Shown in pieces: positions 52,350 to 62,185 of a stretch of 64,000 bases of DNA. Both the position numbers and the translations under genes were made by a program. The notes below the pieces were generated by a model. That model had not been told where the DNA came from. It saw nothing but the letters and a program-made list of their open reading frames with translations, and searched no databases. Position 1 is the stretch's first letter. Each line of letters starts with the position of its first letter. Origin of the DNA: an uncultured delta proteobacterium (GTDB lineage: Bacteria; Myxococcota_A; Polyangia; Polyangiales; Polyangiaceae); contig CAWKKR010000001.1 in NCBI GenBank assembly GCA_963850305.1, positions 352,001-416,000 on the forward strand, in the 5' to 3' direction.

Positions 52350-54727
52350 TGGCTCCCTCCGGCGTCGTCGAGAACCTCCCTGAGTTCATCGTCCAAGTTC
52401 TGTTCCTCGCGGGCGCGCTCGCGCTGAAGGTCGGTGACGCGATAGCGCTGTTCCTCACGGATTTCCCAGGCTTGCTGCACTATGCCGACATCCGATCGAA
52501 GAATGATGCTCTTCAAACGATCACCAACGAGCCCGAAGTTCTTCATTGCAACTTCGCCGACCAGCAGTCGCGCGTTCTGATCGAGAGTGTCGAGCTGGTC
52601 GGCGTAGGCTCGGATGTTCTCGGCCTCCGCGTCGATCTGCTTCTGGAGATCGGCGGCCCCTGCTGCTACTTTCGTGTCGAGCTCCTGCCGGATCGCGGTG
52701 AGGCGCCCATCCACCGCGTCCGCCTCCGAGAGAACGTCGCCGATGCTCCTGGCATAAGCGGCGGTGTCCGCGTCCGCCTGCCCCGACGCAGCGAGCTGAA
52801 CTTCACGGGCAAACAGTTCCTTGAACCGTTGTCTGACGTCGTCATCATCCACGTATCGCTGATCGCCAAACCCTACTTGAACGCGCCCCATCTCGACAGC
52901 ATCTCTATAGGACTGAATGCGCTCCCGGTACGTCTTGAGATCGCGCTCGTTTGCTTCGAGCTCTGCACGAAGGCGCTGCCGCGCCGTCGGGTCACTGGCA
53001 TTCCCGGCACGATCTCCATCGTCGAGCACGCGCCGAAGAGCGTTGACCATTGCGCCGAGCCGGTCCGCCTCGATGGTGAGGCCCTGTAGCTTCTGGGACA
53101 CTTCATTCCATTGTCGCTGGCCGCTCGTCTCGCGGCTCTGAAAGTCGCTATCCGTCACGGGTAGCCAGCCAAGCCGCTTCATCAGAGCGCGCCGCTCGTC
53201 GCGGACCTGCCCGAGTTCGCCCTGCTGCGTCGAGCTTCCGACGCTGTCCATGCCTTCCGCGAGGGTTCGTCGCGCAAGTCCAACTTTGTTGAGTGCACCG
53301 AGAACGTGCTCGAGCCCAGCCTCGAGGTCGGGGAATGCCCGTGCCCGGGTCGGCGACGACACGACGGCCGTGAGCTTGCGGACGAGATCACGAGATTTTT
53401 CGATCAAGTCGCGCGAGCGTGTGACGTCATCGATGACGCCGAACACCCGGTCGTCTTCCGCGGCCTCGCGAACCCATTTGAGGACGACGTTCGGTAGGCC
53501 CGCGGAGTCGTCCCCCATCTGATCCTCGACGAGCTTATCGTAATAGACGGTGGGATCCGTCGTGGTCGCGAGGAACGAATCGACCTTTTGCCGCACGGGT
53601 TCGAATTGCGCGTGAACACTCTCGTAGAGCTCGAGCGCCTTGTCGAACTTGCCCGACCGGAGCATGAGGTCGGCCCTCAAAAGGGAACCATCGGCAAAGT
53701 GCAGCGTCTCGGGCGCCGTCACGCTCAAGACTTCCAGCGCACGCTGCGCCCTCTCGTTGTCGCCGAGCCGCACGTAGACCCATGCTAGCTCATAGAGCAT
53801 GTCGCTGAACTCTGGAGACGTCCGATCGACGTGGCTGTATGCCTCTGCGGCGTCGAGGTAGTTTTCCGTTTCATAGAAGAGGCGGCCGATGGCCATCCAC
53901 GCGAGGTCTATGACGTGGCGGTGCGCGTCGGTATCCGGGGGGAGCTGCGTCACCCGGTGAAACTGTTCGATAGCGGCAGCGAAGCGCTCATCACTGCCGC
54001 TGGCTGGCTTTGCGACCGCGGCTGGCGCCTTCGCGAGCGTGTCCTTCATGGCGACCACGCCGAGCAGGTAGCCCGCCTGGTGCGCCCAATCGCTCGACCT
54101 CGAAACCGTTTCGAGTGCGGCGCGGGCGTTCGGGAGGTCGCCCTTCGCGAGGTACGCCTTGCCGCGTGCGTATTGGAGTGACCCCGTGGCGTCGGATTGC
54201 GGGAGCTGGGCGAGCTTCGCGAACACGTAGTCGAGTACATCCGTGTGAGTCGTACGGATCGCGACGTCCACGAGGCGGCTCAACGATTTACCGACGTAGC
54301 TGTCGTAGGGGGGTTGCATCCCCTTGTCCACGATCTCCTTGTAGTGTCGCGCCGCGGAGAGCTGCTGATCGTCCTTGAAGTACGTCTCGGCGAGCAAGAA
54401 CAGAGCGTCAGCGTAGGACGGCTCTTGCACCTGCCCTCGGCGGTACAGTTCCACGACCTGGCTCAGCACGTGAATCGCGCGGTCGTAGTCCCCGGTGCGC
54501 ATGAGGAGCTCTCCCGCGACGATGCGTTCCTCGGGAGAGATCGCGCCGTGCTTCGCCTTGTCGATCGCCTGCTGGATCGTCCCCGAATCTGCGTCCGCAC
54601 TCCGGATGCCGGCCTCGGCCTTGGCGCGCGCATCCGCCGCATCCAGAGCTCGCGCTGGGCCCGCTACCAGAAAACCCAGAAGCGCGGCCGCGAGCGCCCC
54701 GCCGCGCGCGCCGTGACGAGTGGTCAT
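52346..54727 (-). CDS. TPR/coiled-coil protein, GltC-like
   Basis: DALFLLAETYF, LAWMAIGRLFYE, MLYELAW, C-terminal coiled coil, SDVGIVQQAW. Confidence 0.75.
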   Translation of the reverse strand: MTTRHGARGGALAAALLGFLVAGPARALDAADARAKAEAGIRSADADSGTIQQAIDKAKHGAISPEERIVAGELLMRTGDYDRAIHVLSQVVELYRRGQVQEPSYADALFLLAETYFKDDQQLSAARHYKEIVDKGMQPPYDSYVGKSLSRLVDVAIRTTHTDVLDYVFAKLAQLPQSDATGSLQYARGKAYLAKGDLPNARAALETVSRSSDWAHQAGYLLGVVAMKDTLAKAPAAVAKPASGSDERFAAAIEQFHRVTQLPPDTDAHRHVIDLAWMAIGRLFYETENYLDAAEAYSHVDRTSPEFSDMLYELAWVYVRLGDNERAQRALEVLSVTAPETLHFADGSLLRADLMLRSGKFDKALELYESVHAQFEPVRQKVDSFLATTTDPTVYYDKLVEDQMGDDSAGLPNVVLKWVREAAEDDRVFGVIDDVTRSRDLIEKSRDLVRKLTAVVSSPTRARAFPDLEAGLEHVLGALNKVGLARRTLAEGMDSVGSSTQQGELGQVRDERRALMKRLGWLPVTDSDFQSRETSGQRQWNEVSQKLQGLTIEADRLGAMVNALRRVLDDGDRAGNASDPTARQRLRAELEANERDLKTYRERIQSYRDAVEMGRVQVGFGDQRYVDDDDVRQRFKELFAREVQLAASGQADADTAAYARSIGDVLSEADAVDGRLTAIRQELDTKVAAGAADLQKQIDAEAENIRAYADQLDTLDQNARLLVGEVAMKNFGLVGDRLKSIILRSDVGIVQQAWEIREEQRYRVTDLQRERAREEQNLDDELREVLDDAGGSQ

Positions 54728-55539
54728 TTTGGTCCTGCGCCGCCACCGGAGGCCGGCGTGGTTTCGGACGACCCGCCCGCCGAGTCGCCCGTCATGCCGT
54801 TTCGGATCTTCTCGGTGTACCGCACCGCCGGGCGCTGTTCGAGCGGAGTCGTGACGCCACCCTTCTCCCATGCAAGCGCCTCGAGATCGATCGTCTTTCC
54901 GTCGGTGACCGTGAACGAATGGCTCGACTTGACCTCGAACTTGTAGCCTCGCAGGTACGAAAATACGCCGTACCCGTGCCCCCGGAGCTGAACGAGGACC
55001 TGAAGGGTGTGGTCGCCGGGCGGAATCGACCCGCTGAAGATCGGAATTTCCGGCTGGGAGGCGAGAGCACCCGTGTCGTCCGACTTGTTGTATTGCACCG
55101 CGCCGTCGAGGACGAAGAGGGCATGCGTCAAACGAAACGCGCTGCTCATTTCGTTCTTGAACCGGATCTCGGCGCGAGCTCCGCCGACGCCGCCCGCGAG
55201 GATGGTGTCGCTCAGGAGACTGAGACGCGTGTGGCTACGTCGGATCTGCTCCTTGAGATCGTCGACCCTGGATTCCAGGTCCCGTAGCCTGACCGCATAC
55301 GTGGAACCGTCCATGGGAGTTGCCGGAGCGCTCCCGACGGGAGCCCCTGGGGACGCCGGAGTCGCGTCGGCCGCGGGCGTGGCGCTCTGCGTCGAAGCCG
55401 CGGGCGCGGCGGTCGGCGCCGATGTAGCCGTCGACGACTTGCTCGATGCGGAAGAAGAGGTCGAGCCCTGTGCTGATGCCGCGGAGGCCAGTAGCAGCGA
55501 AGCGAGGATCGCTAGCGCGGGGGTAGGAAGTCTCATCAC
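54724..55539 (-). CDS. Secreted protein heading the Glt-like cluster
   Basis: Signal peptide, Ser/Ala/Pro linker, coiled coil (LESRVDDLKEQI), beta domain (PPGDHTL, GYGVFSYL). Confidence 0.78.
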   Translation of the reverse strand: MMRLPTPALAILASLLLASAASAQGSTSSSASSKSSTATSAPTAAPAASTQSATPAADATPASPGAPVGSAPATPMDGSTYAVRLRDLESRVDDLKEQIRRSHTRLSLLSDTILAGGVGGARAEIRFKNEMSSAFRLTHALFVLDGAVQYNKSDDTGALASQPEIPIFSGSIPPGDHTLQVLVQLRGHGYGVFSYLRGYKFEVKSSHSFTVTDGKTIDLEALAWEKGGVTTPLEQRPAVRYTEKIRNGMTGDSAGGSSETTPASGGGAGPK

Positions 55540-56021
55540 CGAACCCTCTCGTCAGTTAGGAAAGTCACCGGTAGGCAGGGAAACATGGCAGGGACGACGG
55601 AAGCCAACCCCGCTTTATCACGGCGCCAACCTTATCAGGATGCGAGGCGAGCCGCGCAAGCGAACAGGGGTGGGGGGCCGCACCCCCATTGCAAACAAAA
55701 GGGCTGGGGCGAGGACCAGGGGCAGCGCTCGTGCGTCCAATGAAGTGATGCCCGTGGACGCGAACGTGCGGGACTCCTGGCCACCGTTGCTGCGGGCGCG
55801 ACCCGACGCGACGAGGGGCGTTTCCATGCGGAGACGCGAGGCGGCCCGCCCTTCCGGCATATCGCTCGCGGAATCGGGCGATTCCTGGCAGAGTGATGCT
55901 TCGCGAAATCGGCGGACTAAGTCGCTCCGCCGGGGATTTCTCGGTGGCGATGTTGGCCCGAACAACGCTCATGCTGCGGTTCGTGGAACCGGCCTCGCGA
56001 ATGCTCGCGGAGGGGTGATCC

Positions 56022-56633
56022 GTGACGGAGGGGCCGAGCACAGCCGCGGACGAGGCCCTGATGCTGCGGTACCAGCGCGGCGACGCGACGGCATTCGCGG
56101 AGCTCGTGCGGCGTCACGAACGACCGGTCTACAACTTCGTCCTGCGGCACCTGCGCGCCGAAGCGGCGGCGGCGGACGTCACACAGGAGGCGTTCTTGCG
56201 CGTGGTACGCCGGGCATCGGAGTTCAAGCACGAGGCGCGATTTTCGACCTGGCTCTACACGATTGCCCGCAATCTCTGCGTCGATCACGGCAGGAAGGGG
56301 AAGTTGAGGCGACACCCGTCGCTCGATGCGCCGGAAGGAGATGGCGCGCGACTCTTGCTGGAGGTCGTCGCCGATCGCGCGCCCTCGGGCGACGTCGCTC
56401 GCGCAGCGGAATGGAGCAAGATGCGGACTTCGATCGTATCCGCCGTCGAGGCCCTCCCCGAAGATCAGCGGGAAGTGTTCCTGCTCCGCGAGGTCGCCAA
56501 TCTTCCATTCAAGGAGATCGCCGACGTCGTTGGTGTGCCGGAGAACACCGTGAAGAGCCGCATGCGTTACGCGCTCGAACGCCTGCGCGCGGCGCTTTCG
56601 GACTTCGAGGAATACGCGAAGGCCCTCAAATGA
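56022..56633 (+). CDS. ECF RNA polymerase sigma factor
   Basis: GDATAFAELV, DVTQEAF, FSTWLYTIARN, EIA...NTVKSR. Confidence 0.93.
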   Translation: MTEGPSTAADEALMLRYQRGDATAFAELVRRHERPVYNFVLRHLRAEAAAADVTQEAFLRVVRRASEFKHEARFSTWLYTIARNLCVDHGRKGKLRRHPSLDAPEGDGARLLLEVVADRAPSGDVARAAEWSKMRTSIVSAVEALPEDQREVFLLREVANLPFKEIADVVGVPENTVKSRMRYALERLRAALSDFEEYAKALK

Positions 56634-56653
56634 CCGGAAGGGGCGACAAATAG

Positions 56654-57683
56654 GTGGACGCGGAGAAGTTCGACAAGGTCGTGATCGGACCTGCTCTACG
56701 ACGAGCTGGACGAGCTGACGCACGCGTCCGCCCTCCGTCACATCGAGCAATCGGGGCGCGCGAAGGCCCTCTACTCCGAGCTCCGGGCGACGCGGGAAGT
56801 TGGCGCACTCCCGCTCGTTGAACCGCCGGAGGACCTTGCAGAGAGAATTCTCGCGGCCGAAGCACTCGCGCGCGCCGAACGTCCGCTCCGTCAGAGGCTC
56901 GGTGCACTGGTCTCCATAGCGGCGGGCTATGCGATGCGGCCTCAGCTCGGCATGGCCGCGGTCCTCCTCTTGATGGTGGGGTCGAGCCTGCTGCTTCTGC
57001 GCGTCAAGCCTGGCGAGCCGAGCTCGGTGCAGGTCACTGAACGCGGCGTCCCGGAGTCCGACAAGGAGTCCGTCGCGCTGCCCGTGCCGCAACCGGAGGC
57101 CCCGAGTCCGGCGCTCGACGAAGCCCGCGCCACCCCCGAGACTCACGCGGCGTCGAGGGCGAGGGACGTCGGCAAGGCGGAAACCACTGCCGAGAAGGAT
57201 TCTCCGGCGGACCGCGAGCCGGTCCCCGCTGCTCCAGCGAACGGAGTCGAGAGCGCTCACGAGCGCGGCACCGGGAGCATGGATGAACTCGGCGCCTTCG
57301 CCGGCGCGCCGCCCGCAGCCGCCTCACCCGCTGGTCGAGCCGCGGGCGCGATCGCCGACGACGCTCCAGCGATCCCGAGCGCCAAGAAGGACAAGGCCGG
57401 CGCAGCTGACGACGACTCGGGATGCGCGGCGGCGCTTCCTCATTACGAGTCCGTCGCGGCAGCTCCGCCGTCTCCGGCAGCGGGCAATGCGGCGCGTTTC
57501 GCCGCGGCGGACTGCTATGCGAGACTCGGGCGGCTCGCGAAAGCAAGAGCGGTCTACGCGGCGCTCCTCGCCGTCCCGGACTACGCGGCGCGGGCGAGGC
57601 GAGCACTGGACGACCTCTCGCCGGAGGCTCCCGCACCGGCCCCAGCAGGCGAGGCCTCGAAGCCTGCCGCGGAACCCAGATAG
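56654..57683 (+). CDS. Anti-sigma factor (ASD-like N-term, TM, C-terminal TPR-like), apparent +1 frameshift ~56687
   Basis: VDAEKFDKVVI/DLLYDELD...HIEQSGRA...PPEDLAERIL is in frame with 56934..57683. Confidence 0.72.
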
Positions 57684-57942
57684 CCCCGCACGAGTCCCGC
57701 ATCGACGAGGAAACCGCGTGGTCCAGCCGATTCACGGCCCGCGCGCGGAGCGAGCCCGCCGAAGGCGGCGCGAGGGAGCGGTCGCGCATGCGAGCCGCGG
57801 GGGGCAAGGCGGGCACGGCCCCCCGGGACCCTATCCCACGTCGCGCGCCGCCGCTTTCTGGATAGCGAGTACCGGGCGGAGCGGTCGCGAAGCGAGCTGA
57901 GCAGGGGCGGGCAACGGTCCCCCTAGCAGGACCAGCGAAGCG

Positions 57943-58338
57943 TCAGTTGGGGGCGTCGCGCACGTACGCGATCGTGCGGATGGCTTCGACGAGGCGTTCA
58001 CGGTCCTCCGGCGTGAGCTCCACGAAGCGGATGCCCATGCCTGGATTCCGGTTCTCCGCCAGGAGGCGGAGCGGGTTCACCCACTGCACGACGCCAGAGA
58101 GATTGAACGTCTGATGCACGTGCGGCGAGAAGCGCAGCGTCACCCGCGTTCCGATCGCGAGCGGCTCCCGCGTCGCCACGAAAATCCCGAGCTCCGAGAT
58201 GTTCCGGATGGACGCATAGAGGAACGTCTCCTCCGTCTCGCAGTCGACGGACCACGCGACGATGAATCAATCGGCGCTTCGCCGGTTGTCGGCGTCGTCG
58301 GGCGGCGCTTGGGTGTCCCCGGGCAACCCGTTCTTCAC
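57943..58338 (-). pseudogene. PilZ-domain protein (TIGR02266-like) with in-frame TGA
   Basis: NRRSAD*FIVAWSVD...NISELGIFV...GMGIRF; TGA at 58269-58267. Confidence 0.75.
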
Positions 58339-58425
58339 TCGACCGGGCTTAACCCCGCATCGACCTCGTGTCACGTGTGGATTTTTCGACGCTCTGCGCC
58401 GAACGTGGGGCCGACGGGCGTGACC

Positions 58426-61044
58426 TCAGCGAACCTCGAGCGGGCCGGCGTTCACGCGATTGTCTTCGCCGCCGCCCCGCTTCACGTCGAGTCGCTGCTC
58501 GCCTCTGAAGAGCCCGAAGAACACCGTGTACGTGCCGGCAGAGAAATTCGGTTCGAGTTCGAACGGGTGACTATCGTGGATGAAGTCGCCTGGGTGCCAC
58601 CATCGGAACGGATACTTGCCCTCGAGCGTCTCGTGGTCGCCGTTGTAGCGGCGCTGATATCCGTCGACGTGAATGAACGTCTGCCACTCGCCGGCGATCG
58701 CGTGCGTGACCTCGTAGTAGAAGTGAAACACGTAGGGCTTGCCCGCCCGGACCCATGTGACGGGTTCCCCATCGGGCGTAGTCACACCCCAGCCGAACGC
58801 ATGAAGCTGCCCGTTGAAGTCCGCGTCCAGGGGACGGGGCGTCGGCGGTCGCGTGTCGAGCACCCACTTCAAGAACGGGTTCTCGTTCTTCTCGCCCGCG
58901 CGGATCAGGTTGGACACGAGCAAGATCTCGCTCGAGCGAGCGTCGAGGACGGGCAGGTTCTTCGGGGGCGTCGTGCGGCGCGCGCGGTATTCGGAGTTCA
59001 TCTGCGCGAGATCCGTCGAGCGCACGACGAGCCAGCGTCGCTCCGAATCGCCACCGGCCATCAACCACGTGAAGGCTTCCGACGAGTTCATGAAATTGCG
59101 AACGTCGCGGTGTGCGTAGTACCTCGCACTCCCCGACCCCGCGCCGGAGCCCACCATCGACAGGTCTTCGCCCGGACGCGACAGCCGCTTGAACGACTCG
59201 AAGACTTCCTTCGGCGAGATCTGCCGGGCGAGTAGCGGGTAGTACCGGAAGCTCAACGTCGCGCCGAGCGCAGCGATCGCCATCAGTGATGCGGATGCAC
59301 GCGTCGTGTGCAGCCATCTGAGGACGACACGGCATGCGTCCCGGAGCAGCAGGATCACGTGCGGCAACGCCACGAGGACCGGCAGCACCAGAAGCCCGTA
59401 TTCGGCCGCCTCGCGCCCCGGCGACCCGATCGAATCCAGCTGGCGCCAGTGCGTGAAGTGCTGGCTGACCGCCAGTGCCGCCGACAGGACGATGAGCGAT
59501 ACCTCGATGGCCGCCAGCCCGAAGACGACGTTTCCGCCGTTGGCGGCGCGGAGCTCGCGGGTGAATCGACGATGCTCCTCCCGAGCGAAGACGGGCCGCC
59601 CCTCGTCGCGTTCGAAGAAGGAGAGCACGAAGAGTCCCGCCCCGACGAGCGTACCGACCTCCACGATCTTGAGGCCGAGATCCTTGAAGCTGTCCGGGAA
59701 GCGCGCGTCATCGACGACGAAGCCCGCGAGCCCCTTCTCGGGGAAATTCTTGAAGTCCACCAGGAAGAGGATCAAGAGCGATGCGACGCCGAGAGCGAGC
59801 GTCCGGGAGCCGGGCGCACCGCGCTCGAAGTCGCGTAACAGGATGGCAATGACGCCGGCGAGCGCGAACACGGCGGAGAACGGGAGCACCCCGACCGACG
59901 GAGCGAGCGCGGTGAAGGCCGCGAACGCGAGCACGCACGTGACGAGCAGCAAGATGCGCGCGCTGCTCTCACGCGCGAACGCGTCCCCCTCGACGCCGAT
60001 CGGCGCACGCAGTGCTCGCCCCAGCGCAAAGGGCGCGACCGCGCTCCACGGAAACATCGCGTGCCCGAGTTGCAGGACCATGAAGTCATGGGTCGGGATG
60101 GTCCGCCGGTTATCGATGGTGCAGCCGAGGATGCGCAGGAACTGGTGATCTTCGGCATGGAGGAGCGCCCGCAGACCGAGGACCAGCGCGGCCGCGCCGA
60201 GAACCAGGTCCAGGATCGCGAAGATCGCCGACAGGCGGTCCACGCCCGGCGCGCCGCGGCGGAGCAGCCACGCGAGCCCGATCGAAAAGCACGGCAAGGC
60301 GATGCCCAGGATGACGCCGCGGGCTCCGAAACCTGCGGCGCACCCCGCGAGCCCGAATATCCAGTAGGCCACCCGTGCCCTGGGCCTGGGGCGGGTGTCG
60401 AAGGATGCGATCGCGAGCCCCGCGACGGCGATCGCAAGTCCGGACATGGTGACGATGTCGCCGAGGATCGTCCGCGCCTGAAGGAAATACAGCGGCGTCG
60501 TCGCGAGCACGATTGCCGCGAACGCCGCCGCGACGCGATCGACCAGCCGCGAGAGCAGCAGGTACGTCGCCGCGACACCGAGCAGGCCCCAGAGCGCCAT
60601 GGGTAGACGGCCCGCCCACTCGCTCAGGCCGAACACCTTAAGTCCGAGTGCGATGGACGTGAAAGGGAGCTCGCCCCTGCCAATCTGCCCCGCCGTGGGC
60701 ACCGTGTTGATGGAGCCGTCGATGATCAGGTTTTTCGCGCCGAGAAGGGCGACGGCGATCCGCCGGGCCAGCTCCGCTCCCTTGAGCTCCGGAGGTTCCC
60801 AGATGCCGCTCGCGGAGATCGGCCCGACGAGGCTTCCGAGGACCAGAACGACGGCGGCCACGGTGAGCAGCCAGCGCCGGGACCCGATCTGCGGATCCGG
60901 AACGAGGTCCTCGTCGTCGACGAGATCGGCCCGTTCGCGGTCGGCTGGCAGGGATGCCGCGCCGGCGTCGATGCCGGCAAAGGCGACGGCGGGAGCGGGG
61001 CTCGCGGAAATGTGGACCGGGTCGGGAGCGGTGTCTTCGGACAT
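58426..61044 (-). CDS. GT-C family 39 (ArnT-like) glycosyltransferase with C-terminal periplasmic domain
   Basis: WEPPE, FGLSEWAGRLP, FPWS; many TM; C-terminal FIHVD...GDH. Confidence 0.8.
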   Translation of the reverse strand: MSEDTAPDPVHISASPAPAVAFAGIDAGAASLPADRERADLVDDEDLVPDPQIGSRRWLLTVAAVVLVLGSLVGPISASGIWEPPELKGAELARRIAVALLGAKNLIIDGSINTVPTAGQIGRGELPFTSIALGLKVFGLSEWAGRLPMALWGLLGVAATYLLLSRLVDRVAAAFAAIVLATTPLYFLQARTILGDIVTMSGLAIAVAGLAIASFDTRPRPRARVAYWIFGLAGCAAGFGARGVILGIALPCFSIGLAWLLRRGAPGVDRLSAIFAILDLVLGAAALVLGLRALLHAEDHQFLRILGCTIDNRRTIPTHDFMVLQLGHAMFPWSAVAPFALGRALRAPIGVEGDAFARESSARILLLVTCVLAFAAFTALAPSVGVLPFSAVFALAGVIAILLRDFERGAPGSRTLALGVASLLILFLVDFKNFPEKGLAGFVVDDARFPDSFKDLGLKIVEVGTLVGAGLFVLSFFERDEGRPVFAREEHRRFTRELRAANGGNVVFGLAAIEVSLIVLSAALAVSQHFTHWRQLDSIGSPGREAAEYGLLVLPVLVALPHVILLLRDACRVVLRWLHTTRASASLMAIAALGATLSFRYYPLLARQISPKEVFESFKRLSRPGEDLSMVGSGAGSGSARYYAHRDVRNFMNSSEAFTWLMAGGDSERRWLVVRSTDLAQMNSEYRARRTTPPKNLPVLDARSSEILLVSNLIRAGEKNENPFLKWVLDTRPPTPRPLDADFNGQLHAFGWGVTTPDGEPVTWVRAGKPYVFHFYYEVTHAIAGEWQTFIHVDGYQRRYNGDHETLEGKYPFRWWHPGDFIHDSHPFELEPNFSAGTYTVFFGLFRGEQRLDVKRGGGEDNRVNAGPLEVR

Positions 61045-61227
61045 GAACGGGTCGGGCCGGGCGTGGCGGCGCGGACACTACCTCACGCCGCAAGCTTCGG
61101 CGACAGCTGTCGCGCCCCCCGGCGTCATGCTAGAGCGCGTCGGCTTCGATCGACGGCCGGCCGCGCGACGGCGCGCGTCGCGCTCTCGGAGCCTGTCCGC
61201 CGCGGCGCTCCCCCCCTTCTCCACCCC

Positions 61228-62169
61228 ATGCGATTCGGCACCGTTGCCATCGTCGGTCGAACGAACGTCGGAAAATCGACCTTCCTGAACGCCGCGCTCG
61301 GCGAAGAGCTCGCGATCGTCTCACCGCGCCCGCAGACCACGCGGGACGCGCTCCTCGGGGTCGTCACGCGGGAAGACGCGCAGATCGCGTTTCTCGACAC
61401 GCCGGGGCTCCACAAGCCGCACACGGAGCTCGGACGCCGGATGAATGCCACGGCGCGAGGCGCGGCGCGGTCGACCGACCTGGTCGTCGTCATGACCGAT
61501 GTCGCGTCGCTCGTGGGTTCGAAGAAGGATGCGGAGAAGACGCCCGTGCTGGCGGAGGATGAGGCGCTGCTCCGCGACGTCGCAAGCGAGCTCCCTTGCC
61601 TGGTCGTGATCAACAAGATCGATCTGCTGCGCGACAAGTCGCGCCTCCTTCACATGCTCTCGGCGCTCGGCGAGATTCGACCCCTCGTCGCGAGCGTGCC
61701 GGTGAGCGCCCTCTCCAGGGACGGCGTGGACAGAGTGCTCGACGAGATTGCCGCGCACCTGCCGGAGGGTCCGCCCGGATACGACGCGTCGACCCTCACG
61801 GACAAGCCGACGACGTTCTTCGTCAGGGAGTACATCCGCGAACAGCTCCTCCTCGCGACGGCCGGTGAGGTGCCGCACGCCGTCGCCATATCCGTCGAGG
61901 AGTTCTCGGAGACCGCAAAGGTCGTCATCATCAAGGCGACCATCCACGTGGAGAAGGTGGGCCAGCGAGCGATCGTCGTCGGCAAGGGCGGCGCGATGAT
62001 CAAGGCGATCGGCATCGGAGCCCGGACGCGGATCGAGGCGCTCGTCGGGCGGAAGGTTCACCTCGAGCTCTTCGTGCGCGTCACCGAGCGGTGGAAGAGC
62101 GTGCCGCGACAGCTGGCGGAACTCGGCTACGACCGGCCCGACGTCTCCGACGACGAGGACGCCCCGTGA
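61228..62169 (+). CDS. era: GTPase Era
   Basis: GRTNVGKST, PQTTR, DTPGLH, NKID, EVPH, KH domain (GKGG). Confidence 0.95.
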   Translation: MRFGTVAIVGRTNVGKSTFLNAALGEELAIVSPRPQTTRDALLGVVTREDAQIAFLDTPGLHKPHTELGRRMNATARGAARSTDLVVVMTDVASLVGSKKDAEKTPVLAEDEALLRDVASELPCLVVINKIDLLRDKSRLLHMLSALGEIRPLVASVPVSALSRDGVDRVLDEIAAHLPEGPPGYDASTLTDKPTTFFVREYIREQLLLATAGEVPHAVAISVEEFSETAKVVIIKATIHVEKVGQRAIVVGKGGAMIKAIGIGARTRIEALVGRKVHLELFVRVTERWKSVPRQLAELGYDRPDVSDDEDAP

Positions 62170-62185
62170 GATCGAGGCACCGGGC

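Noticed and set aside
55560..55610. GGAAAC...GGGACG..GGAAGCC resembling a c-di-GMP-I riboswitch
   Set aside because: Spacing and stems do not fit; ~400 bp from the next plus-strand gene
55007..56021. Long N-terminal extension of the ORF reading into the anti-sigma region, and other long antisense ORFs
   Set aside because: Shadow ORFs typical of high-GC DNA, overlapping well-supported genes
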